From Paraspadella gotoi (lineage: Eukaryota > Animalia > Chaetognatha): 64,000 bases of DNA. Below the pieces are notes generated by a model. That model did no database searches, had not been told where the DNA came from, and saw nothing but the letters and a program-made list of their open reading frames with translations. This document shows, piece after piece, positions 26,960 to 39,400 of the stretch (its first letter is position 1; every line of letters starts with the position of its first letter). The position numbers and the translations under genes were made by a program. The stretch lies in the NCBI GenBank assembly GCA_051294375.1, contig JBJCIZ010000744.1, positions 1,044,262 through 1,108,261 of the forward strand, read 5' to 3'.

Positions 26960-29528
26960 TCAGTATTTCTTCCTCCTCAAAATCTCCGGCTTCCACAAAA
27001 CCGGATGCGTCTCTTCCGTCGCAGTTTCGTCTTCTTTGTAAACTTTGATGGTTTTGTCGGCCTCGCAGGTGAGAAGCCGACTGCCCGAATGATCGAAGGT
27101 CATGGCGAAGATGCCAGCCTGGGGGAAATTTAATCGAGGGGAATAGGGGAAAAAAAAAAGTATTTTTCAAAAAACTAATTAATAATAAAATTACTCTTAA
27201 TAAGTTACTAGAAACGGTAGGCGAAAAAGAAGGATTCCGCAAAGAAATATATATTTTTTTTTATTTATTACGTTAACTCAAGATTTAGACGTGATTTGCA
27301 TATTACGGTAATAGAAATATAGTTTATTCACAACGCTATCCGAAGTTAATGTAGATAAGGCGCTAATTGGGATGAAGAGTGATATCCATAACTCCTTTAA
27401 CCCCATCTAGTAGCTATGGAACGGGACCAGGGCTTGGAACCTGGGTTGAAGGATTTACAGGCCACCAAGGCGGTTTACGGCCGTGCTCACTGCTCGCTGC
27501 TCGCTGCTCAGTGAGCACTGTTCAGTGCTCACGCTTTCCACTGAGGAGGAACCATTGGGGATCGATCCCGCTACCTGGTCATGAGCTGATGGTTTTACTC
27601 AATGAGCTACCGAATAACGAATGAAGGACGAATTGGTCATGTTTATAGGCGGGGTTAACTTATGCTAAGCCCGACTACATTCATAACAAAGTCATACATT
27701 CATAACCGAATATAAACATGATTTAAGATTTAAGATGAGTCTTAAGATTTTTCGCCACTGAAGATTCGAAAGATGATGTGACGCTCATATTCCTATAGGA
27801 GTGACCGACCTCGGAATCGATGGAGCCCGGTTGCACGACCGTCTGATGTCGCTGGAAATTGTATCCCGTCCTCCAATCCCAGAAGTTTATCGTTCCGTTG
27901 TCGGCGCCCGAGACGAGGACGCCGTCTGCGTTGACCGCCGTCGTGTTGAGGATGGCGTTGTGGCCTGGATCAAGAGTTAATTGGTTAATTTAATTAAATA
28001 AATTTAATTAATTGATGGTGGCGTTCTGGCCTGGATCAAGAGTTAATTGGTTAATTTAATTAAATAAATTTAATTAATTGATGGTGGCGTTGTGGCCTGG
28101 ATCAAGAGTTAATTGGTTAATTAAAATCCTTTACTACATTTTAATAATTAGAATAGTTGGGAGATCTTTCGGTCGATTTATTTTTTCATGAAACCAAAAG
28201 ACAGATGAAAAACTTATCACCATCAAAATTTAGACAAATATGGGATTTTAAATGACACCAGAATGACAAAAAGCAGAATTAAATTTTGTTTTTTTTATAA
28301 AAATGGACTAAACATTTGGCTCAAGTCTTTCTTTAAGTAACTCAACTTCCGCTTTTTCAAGTCAAAACTTTAAAATTTTTCCGTCAACCCTCTCTCCAAC
28401 CATTTTCCATCAACCCTCTCCAACCATTTTCCATCAACCCTCGCCAACCCTTTTTTCCATTCTCCCCGTTTCCAATGACCATCGACTTTGACCTGTCAAG
28501 TTCTGAACAAAGTTTCCATCCGGGAACCGCCATTGCTTGATGTTGTCGGCCGAAGCCGACGCCATCATGTTGAGCGTCGGGTGAAGGGAAAGAGACCTGA
28601 CCGACTTTTTGTGATTCGTCAGAGAAGAGCGAGTCTTGCCCGCCACGAGGTCCCAGAGACGGATGGTCGAGTCGTGAGATCCTATTGTATACGGAAAATA
28701 ATACGGGTAACCGGATGTAATTTGATTAGAGTAAAAAAAAAAGGAAGGATGGAAAGTCACTGACCGGTGACGACTTGAGGTTCGGACGCCTGACAGACCA
28801 CGCTGGCGATGGTGTTGGTGTGTCCGGAGAGAGCGTGGATTTGGGCCTTTGTGCGCATGTCCCAAACGCGGGCGGCGGAATCTCGGCCTGGCCGAATTGG
28901 TAGGGGGGGTGAGTGGGGGAAAATGAGAATGAGGTAAACTAATAATTAAGAACAATTAGTTAATAATTAAGAATAATTAATAAGAAAAAAGAAAAGAGAA
29001 AATTATCAAGAAAACGAAAGAAGGAAAATGAGGTCGACTAATAATTAAGAATAATTAATTAATTAATTAATAATTAATAATAAAAAAGTGAAGAGGAAAT
29101 TAACAAGAAAGAATAAGGAAAACCAAAGAAGAAAGATTGACGAAATGATTGATAGACTGACCGACAAGACTGACCGACAAACCGGACCGACAAACCGGAC
29201 CTCACACACAAATCGATTCGCTTGGCTAATTCATCGTCGATCTTTCGATTCTCCGTCCATCGAGATTCAAAAAAAAAACAAAAAACAAAAAGAATCGATC
29301 GACCATCATCGTAGGTCCCTTTGGTCTGTCAGTCAGTCTCAATTGGTCTGTCAGTCATTCACGGTTCACATCATCGACCGCATCTACGTGAGGCGCGGTC
29401 TCGGATGAGGTGATTCAATCTGTCTTTCGGACGGTTAAATCAAATCACTTTTAAAAAGATCAAATACTAATCAGTAATCACGGACCCCGTCAGACAAAAT
29501 TTCCCGGATCTAGGATGATCTTTCTCTC

Positions 29529-29568
<40 letters not shown>

Positions 29569-30368
29569 CAATCGCGCGCGATGATGAAAAATCAGGGATC
29601 AAATTTGTTTCTCGCCGCAGAATAATAAAAAAAACCCAAACAATTTCTGGCGGCTCAATCGAGGGGGGGGCTTTCAGGGGGGTGGGGGGCTTTCAGGGGG
29701 GGGGGTGGGGGGGTTGAGGGTTTGGATGTTAGAAATAAAGAACGAGATCGAACCAAGTGACTTAGGACCCAATGAATGAACGAATGAGGAAACGACTGAA
29801 TCCAACGTTTCTTGAGGGCCGAGAAGATGGGCGATTTTTTTTTTGGTACGGGCGAAACGGCAATGAATATCGTCTTTATTACCATTCAAACGAAACTCCT
29901 AACAACTTAAATCAAGAATTCACACTTTGTCGAAATCTTTTCAAGACAACTGAAAATCACAAATTGTGAGAAGATCACTGGCGATCACGTAATTGAACGT
30001 TGTCGACGCAGAGAGAGAGAGAAATAAAGCGATCGGCAATGAAAGAATATAGTCAACAGAAAAATAAAGCGGAGCTGTGACTTTTGGCCTTCGCTGTGGA
30101 TTTAACAATTAACTTTCAACAATGAATCAATCAATGTAAAAACAGCGAAGCTATATAATAAACAATGGAAATATTATGGAAATAATAAACGAGGAAATAA
30201 AGCGAGGTCGGCAGTAATGAAACAATGACCTGTATTCCATATAAAAGAATAATAATATAATAATATATTACATAGAAAAGCCAAAACGATTCCGGGGGCG
30301 AAGAAAAAAGTAGATTGTCGAGCAAAAGTGAAGAAAAAGAAAAAATGTTTGATCATAAATAAGAACTG

Positions 30369-30418
<50 letters not shown>

Positions 30419-33400
30419 AGTACAGCATTGAAATAATTATAATTATATGAGATTTATTTAAAAAATAAGAGGTGGCGACAGAACACGCTCAGATTTGAGG
30501 TTATTTTTCCTGTCATAACAAATGAGCGACCAAGTATGGGGGAATTATAAGCTTTTTCAACGCTTGTGGGACCGACCGACGAACAAATAAACCGACCGAC
30601 AGACCGACCGAAAAGTGACTAATAGAGTTGCCACCAACTAAAAAACAGAGAGTGAAAGAGAGAGCATACATAATTTGATAATTGAAAAAAAAAAAAAAAA
30701 CCGAAATAAAAATCAATATGCAAATGAGATTAAGAGACAGTTTAGCGATTGGTGATGGTCTACCTGCGGTGACGAGGAGGTCGATGGTGGGATGAAGGGC
30801 GAGCGAGTAGACGGCCGAGAGATGACCGTGATAATGGCGGATGACTTTGTTCTGTTCCAAGTCCCAACATTTTACCATCTTGTCTTCGCCCGCGCTAATA
30901 GTGGCAAAGATGGGAACTAAATGTAATTACAACATCAATATTTATAATGTATAGAATCGCAACCTTTTTATTAATGAAATCGATTTTAATATCAATTTTA
31001 AAATCAAGAGGAAAAATAAAAAATTAGTTAATGGGGATATGAAGAGAGTAATTAACAAAAGTTAAATCATTAATATTGTGAAAAAGGCGCCAATTGGGCT
31101 GAAGAAGATTAACGCTTGCTTCATCAATACCCACTAGCAACTAAGGAATATGGGGGTCGCTACAGTAGCCTACTCCTCGAAAGCGGCTTAGGGCTGACCT
31201 CACGCTTTGGGTAAGGGCCGGTACAAGATAAGAATTTAACTCGATACCCAGTCATGAACTGGAGTGAACCTTTATTAATTTATAAATAATAATAAAATCA
31301 TTATAAACCATCAAATAAATGAAAAATTGAGTAACCTAATCTAATCCAACTTACCTGAAGAGGTAAGGGTGTCGGGGTGAGACGGCGAGACCCCTCACCG
31401 TCGACACATGACCCGTGAGTGAAAGCTTGAGTGTTCCAGAGGCCAAATCCCAGATCTTGATGGTTCGATCCGCAGAACCTGGAGATGGGAAGTGAGGAAA
31501 TGGTGAGGAATGAGTAAGACGTGGGGATAAGAGAAGGAATGAGGTTATGAGGATAAACGAGAAAGAAAGAGAAAGAGCGAGAAAGAAAAAGAGCGAGAAA
31601 GAAAAAGAGCGAGAAAGAAAAATAGCGAGAAAGAAAGAGCGAGAAAGAGCGAAAGAGAAAGATTTCGGCAGCTGCAGAACTCGACTCGTTTTTGGAAAAA
31701 GAGAAAGAAAAAAAAAAGGTTTTGTTTATATAAAATCATTTTTATATTTTTATATTGGTTGTACCAATTTCATATAAACAAAGAAGATTTAACATATCAC
31801 CCTCATCAGTTTTCAAGAACCTCGATGATGAGAATATATACGTAAATTTTCAGCTTTATACGAATACCAAACGATATTAGAAAAAGCAATCTATAATTAG
31901 GAACGCCGACGACGCCATTAATCGGGACAATCGAAACAAAATCGTCGCAAGCGAAAGATTGGTTCGATTGACGACGACGAACGAGTTTGACGAAAGCGAG
32001 AATTCTCATTTCAGAAATCGGTTTCGGCACGGCTCTTGGCAAAAAAATATTTTTCGTTCGAGATTATTTTTGACGAGGCGCTCGTTTCGAAAGTCACTTG
32101 GCCAAAAAATAACTAGAAATCCACAAGTCTATAAAACATATTAAGGAGTGAATCGAACAAATTTAGCACCGATTGTCTCAAAAAAGGTAAGGATAAATTT
32201 TATTACAAACAAATTTAAAAAAAACTACTAAAGAAAAAATAGTGGTTGAATAATGAATTACTTCAGATTACCTTTAAATATTTTTGGGTTGCATTGTCGT
32301 AGCAAAATCCTTTTTCAAAACCATTATTTTTCTAGTATTAGTATGAAACCTTACCTTTAACAGCACTAAATATTTTTTTCACAGAAAGGTAAAGAAATTA
32401 TAAGCAGTCTTTTCATACAATTAAAACATTCCTTTAAATATTATACCAAAGTTTGCAGCTATGTTTGGATACCATGACCTATCTACAATTTTTAATAATC
32501 GTAAGTAGGGGTAGCCGCATTCAATGGGGTGAGGCAAAAATTTAGAGTGAGTACATGCTCAAACGAATATTTAGACATTTTTAAGAATACTTTTAATGGA
32601 CAAAAAATTTCAAATATGGCTCTATACCCTAGTAATTAATTTTTTAATAATTATTTATAGATTTTTTAAATATTTTTACATTAAGTGTGTCAAAAATAAG
32701 AAAAACTATAAAAAATCATCATCATCATCATCTTTCGATGATTTTATCATTTTTTTTTATATTTTCACTTAGAAAATGTAAGAATTTTTAAAAGCTGTAA
32801 ATATATTTCTTGTTTAACTTTTTATGCTCTATCAGAATCCATCAAAAAATTTTAAGATTTAAAAAAAAAAAAAATTTTGCTCCATATAGTAATATAATAT
32901 TTTTAATTAAGCAAGTACCCTCAGAAAAAAGCATTTTTGACAAAAAATATTTTAATACCATAATCTATGGTCATGATAGATTATTTTAACGCTGTATACA
33001 TTAGCATTTAAATTTCATCGGCTATGGCTATCGTAAGAAAACATTTATCTCAAAGATATATACCATGAAAAATACTGTTCTTCAGAAACTTGTTCCGTTC
33101 TTTACAACATAAGAACAATTTTTTAATTGTTTAAATTTTAATTAATTAATTTTATTTAATTAACTGTTTTTTCTCTCTATTTTATAATGTTTTTTGTTTG
33201 CTCAGACTTAGTCTATGTTTGTTTGTTTGTTGATGATGATTGTACTGAATCAACCTCGTTGTATTCGAAAAAAATCGCATATATTATCTTGTAAGAGAGA
33301 TGGAGGCCTTAAACCACCAAAGCCTCTCCAAGGTCAGGGGCAGAATAGCTCATTTATTAAATAAGTGGATAATTATTATATTGGTTCATATAATTTATAT

Positions 33401-36400
33401 AATTTTAAATGTTCTATAAGTTTATATTAATTATTAAAAGCGTTTGTCAAAAAAAACCGAATGATTAATGCAAGACCAGTGTCGCTATTTTGTAGTCTGG
33501 CATTGCATAAGTTCACCCCGCCTACAAGCATGACACCTTCAGTCGTTACACGGTGGCTCATTGACTACTAGTTACAGGGTTCAATCCCAACCCGGTACCT
33601 ACCCTGCGGGAAGCGTGAGGACGGCCGTAAACCGCCTTGGGGGCGTGGAAAACCCCCAAGCCTGGTACCAAGCCCAGGATCCGTTCCATACTAGCTGCCC
33701 AGTAAGGCGGGCAAAAATTGAACACTTTTCTTTTTTCCTTCTATTACTAAATCGATTTTCAATGCAACTTTTTGAATTAGTTCATTGGGTTGTTGCACTG
33801 AAGCTTTTGAATATTTATTGATATGAAATTGGTACAACCAATATAAAAATTATTATTATATAACAAATGATAAAATTTTTTTTTTAATTTATTTTTTAAG
33901 AACGGATTCTTATAGAGCTTGAAAAGTTAAATGAAAGTTAATACTACAATTTTTTAAAGTTTTGACAAGAAATTGGTTAAAAACAAAAAAAAGGTTAAAA
34001 AATCATCATCATCATTGGCTGAATTTTATGGTTTTTTAAAATTTTTATCAATAAAACAAAAAAATTTTTAAAAATTGTATTAATAACCTTTATCTAACTT
34101 TTAAAGCTCTATCAGAATCTATCAAAAAAAATTTAAAAATTTAAAAAAAAATTTTTAACTTTATATAGTAATAAAATAATCTTTAAAGGCTTCCGTGCGC
34201 TTATTAATGAAATAATTTTTTAAAATTATTTTTATTTTCATATTCTCTAACAGTCACTTTACCATTATTTATTTGAGAGAACTTCTAGTTTTCAACCTGT
34301 TCCGGCCTACTGCCCAGGGGGCACAGAAGTTACGGATAGTAGCCCACTTAGCGCCTTATCCACATATTTCTCTGCTTTAATTTTTTTACACTAAATAATA
34401 GGCCTGTAAGAAGTACCTTTTCAGCGTTGCTGCATTTATTTTTTATTTATTTTACAGTACAAAATGGAAAAAGAAATTTTAATTCTAATAATCGGATCGG
34501 TACTCAACATAATCGACATATACACAGACATAAAAACAACCTTTGAGTACATGACCTCAGCCTTTTGGATTTTTCAGAGAATTGGTCACATCATCTGTTT
34601 GATACTAATAATTCATTGTGTGGTTTCCGGCACATATGGGTTGTCTATTATATATAAGCAAAAAAAATATTATAGAAGTTTTTATAAAAACTGGTTTACA
34701 ATTTGCACAACTTCTATCTTTTTTGTTTTCGGCTTGGGTTCAATTCCTATTTCAATAGATTTGTATTTGGAAAAAAATACAAACCAAAAAATTAAAAGCT
34801 CCAAAAGTAAACTTGCGCTGTTAATGAATTTATTTCAATGTATACTAGAAAGTTTTCCACAACTTGTAGTTCAAACAGTAGGTTTGATCTTTTCCCTTAC
34901 AAGTGCTACAAATAATAAACATTGCTTTCCAAGTTATCTATCAAGTCCGAATTTTCAGATTAGAAAACCAACATGCTCTGACGATATAGGATCTTATAAA
35001 TACCATACAAGATACTTTGATTCATACAGGCAAAATCTTTCTATAATTTCAAATGATTCAATCACCGAAACAGATGAACCATGTTTTTGCAAAGAGGTGC
35101 GTTCTTATATAGGCCACAGTGAATTTGCTTGTGAGTGGAGCCTCAAAGACCACTATTTTCAATTATTATCAATAACGATGTCTTTGATAGGACTTGCAAA
35201 AGGATCCTCAGCTTTTAAAACATCAGTAGATGAAACAATATCATTAAATAATGTTTTATTAAAATTTTTGGAATTTTTTTGCGTCATACAAGGTTTAATA
35301 GGAATGAGTGTAAGCTTATACATAATTTTCAGTAATAGTATTAAATTTAACATCTGGTTTACTCTTATGGTTCCAATTACAGTTATGCGTATTTTTACTC
35401 AAGAAGAAATATTTCTGCTATTAAAAACCATACATCTCCAAACAAAACAGAGATATACAGATGGCTTTCAAATTACCAAATCAAAGATATCTCAAATTTT
35501 ACTAATACCTCTTTTCAATTTTTTTATTTACTCACTGTTTTATAACATAGAAATGCAAGCGATTACGTCAGAAAGTGTGGAAAGTATAAATGATATATAC
35601 AGCAGTCCTCACACCCCTTATTTTTGGGGATTGGCCAGACTCAAAAATGATAACATGCCACGGCTTTTGTTTTATTATGATATTTGGAAATTTTTTAATA
35701 TGTCATACAATTACCAAGATATTGGATTTATTTATGCAAAATTTTGTCATGATTCATTCGTTGATAGATATCAATCATCACGGTTTTTTTGGAAATGTAG
35801 AAAAACATAAAATTTACAATTTAGAGTATTATGGTAGACTAAAATCTACCGTTTATCAGCGGCCATTGGTGCAGGAGGCAAGTCATTCGCCTCCCAACCC
35901 AAAGGTCCGGGGTTCTAGTCCGGTGGTCACCTAGCAGTTAAGAGGGAAGGGGCGCTTAACCTGCCTGTAACACGGTGTTACAGCCTGATCCGAAGCTAAC
36001 TCATGACAATTATTACTGTCTCTTCACTATAATGTTATTTATAATACAGAACTCTTAATTTTTACCTTGTTCCACCTTTCTGCTTACTAGGGTTAAGTGA
36101 AAGTTTGGAATCAAAATTTAGTAGTTTTATCTTGAAAACTATCATATTAGTGAATACTAATCTGTAGTTATTTTTTTTTTATATATGTAGTCGGGCATTG
36201 CCTAGGTTCACCCCGCCTATAAACATGACACTTTCAGTCCTGACCCGGTGGCTCATTGAGTAAAGCCATCAGTTCATGACCATAGGTACCGGATTCAATC
36301 CCAACCCGTGTACCTACCCTGGGAAGCGTGAGGACGGCTGTAAGCCGCCTTGGGGCGTGGCAACCCCTCAAGCCTGGTTCCAAGCCCAGGACCCGTTCCA

Positions 36401-39400
36401 TGGCTACTAAAGGGGTTATAGAAGTTACGAATAGTCATCTTCAGCCCACTTAGCGCCTTATCCACACTGGTGAGCCCATCCTGTCGAACGTATTCCAACC
36501 TTCTGATTCCAGGCCCATGGACGTGCTGAAGATTGCTCCCCTCCCTCCACTGGAAGCAGTGCAGGGTGGGTTACAATTTGGGGGCATGTAGTCGGGCATT
36601 GCCTAGGTTCACCCCGCCTATAAACATGACAAATTCAATCCTGACCCGGTGGCTCATTGAGTAAAGCCATCAGCTCATGACCACTAGGTACCGGGTTCAA
36701 TCCCAACCCGGTACCTACCCTGTGGGAGCGTGAGGACGGCCGTAAGCCGCCTTGGGGGCGTGGCAACCCCTCAAGCCTGGTTCCAAGCCCAGGACCCGTT
36801 CCATGGCTACTAAAGGGGGTTATAGAAGTTACGGATAGTCATCTTCAGCCCACTTAGCGCATTATCCACATATAGTAGCCCAGTGAGCTTATTTTGTATA
36901 TAGTACTACCCTTATATAATGTCAAAATTTCAAAATAGTTTTTTTTTAATATTCTGATAAAAGATTCAGATTCTTCGTAAAAAGTTGATAAAAAAAATAT
37001 AAACCTTTATCAAAAATTATATCATTTAATAGGGTAAAATTACAAAAAACTATATTTTTAAGCTGGAAATTAAAAATCAGCGTCTTAAATATAGTTTTTT
37101 ACATTTTTGTCCAACTTAATGAAAGAAGTTTTAAAAACAAATTATACTTTCTTATATCAACTTTTTGCAAGGAATCTAAATCCAATCAGAAAATTTAAAA
37201 ATTTGTATTTTGAAATTTTAGCCTATTATATACTTATTACTATATAAAAATATAGCTCACTGGTGCCCACTAATGTATAAAATTAAAAAGTAAATTTACC
37301 AAAGTATTTTTATTGGTGTTTACTTTCATGTTTTATATGCTAAATTTTAATTTTCTAAAATTTTATCATTTTCACATCACTCTACTGCTTACAGTTAAAT
37401 TATCAAAGACAAAAGTTTCACACACGTTTTTCCTACTTTCCAAAGAACTGTACCATATTGGGACGAATCTCATACATTTACAACAAATTGTATTGGATTT
37501 AAAGGCTTTGGTGATGGAAGTCAATGGAAAATTGAAATATTTTTTAAATTCAAAAAACTTAAAAATGATTCCAAAGCTTGTCAAAAACCTTTAAGAAACT
37601 ATGGAGTGGTCAAAAGTAATTATTTGCCTGCTTTTCCAAATTTGGTTTTGAAAATAGGCAACTACAGATTGTTTTCATTGACATACATCAATTTAATGCT
37701 TCTCATATTGCTTGATTTTGTTCTGGGCTTTACATACACATGCGTTTTTTTATTTTCTCAAGGCGTGATTTATCTGTATATAGACAAATTAGTCGCCATT
37801 TTAGCAATGGGGTTTATAATATATTTAAATATCATAATAAGCGTATTAAGATTTAATCTTCGAAATATTCCGACAAAAATGAAGGAAAAAATTTCAATAG
37901 CAAATTCTCAACTTCAAATACTAAAACAATATGAACACACACTATTAAATAATGAATTAGATCCCACTCTTCCTAACATTATAACAAATTCGAAAATTAA
38001 TGAGTCATTGCAACTTATGTTTAAAGAAACAAAAGCATCTTACAATGAATTCCTTAAAAAAAAAACTTTAGAAATGTTTTGGCATGAACAGCAAGAATTT
38101 GTTTTTTCGAAGTTGATACAACAATTTTTACCTGTATCACTAATAGCTTTAACTTTCTTCACTACAAAAAAAAATATCATTGCATTAAACTATCTCTGCC
38201 GAACCATAATTTATGTTGGATTAATCTTAGGAATATTGGCTTGTCAGGTTTTTATATGCTTGTTTAATAAATATTTTTATAAAGACATTCTACAATTAGT
38301 CAATGAAATATGTACTATGGAATTGTATACGGATAATAAAATGAAAATGTATGAATTGAAAATTATAACATGGATATTTTTAAAAGAAAATGAATTTGTT
38401 CTAGAATACTTAATTGCTTCTTCAATGTTCTTTTTTTTTCAACAAATTTTTCTTTCATTTAAAAAAGAATTAGGAAAAAAATGTTGGAAATTACTTCTTT
38501 TAATGGAAGCTTTGGGCATTTATGCTTTAATTACCGTAATACTTTTAAAAAAAAGTTTGATAACAAAAACAGAAAATATATCTTTAATTAATGCTGTAGG
38601 GTACTTATCTTTAGGAATGATGGGATTACAAGAATTAAGATATCAATCGCTACTAACAATAATTTTACAAGAAAATTCAGGTTTTATGTCTGAATGTAAA
38701 TTTGCAGCAACAAATACATATAGAATTTCAAGGATTGAGTACAGACATATATTCAACGAACATTATAATGAAAGTTATTTTATTCAAATGGTATCCAGAA
38801 TAATCTATTGCTCATGGAAAAAGTAATCTTTGAACAAAATTCGGATGGAATTAACTTTTTATCTTGGTACTTGATTATTTTTCCAATAATGATGATAATA
38901 TTCGAATGAAACTTTTACTATTTATTTTACCTNNNNNNNNNNGGAAAAAGTAATCTTTGAACAAAATTCGGATGGAATTCACTTTTTATCTTGGTACTTG
39001 ATTATTTTTCCATTAATGATGATAATATTCGAATGAAACTTTCACTATTTATTTTACCTTGTGTACTGAAGTGGTCTTTACTACTACATTGTGTATTACA
39101 TAACTCTTTAATTATTAATTGCTCTTATTGAATTTGGTAAGCTTTAACCACATGTTCCACTCAATATTTCTAATCATTACGTACAGAAAGGCAGGCCAAA
39201 ATTTATCACTTTATATCATTAGAAGTTTTGTAATACAAAATTATTTTGTCCTGGGATACCAAATCGTCCTGCACTATCACCTTTTTAAATATTGAAGTAT
39301 AGTATAACATTGAAGCATAAAATACAGTCATGTACCAAAAAAAAAAGCTACTGTCTTTCATAAAATTCACCCAGTACACTGTGATTTTTGAAAACAAAAT

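Noticed and set aside
38815-39060. Direct repeat after the nested ORF
   Set aside because: The copies flank a 10-N gap; unmerged contig overlap.
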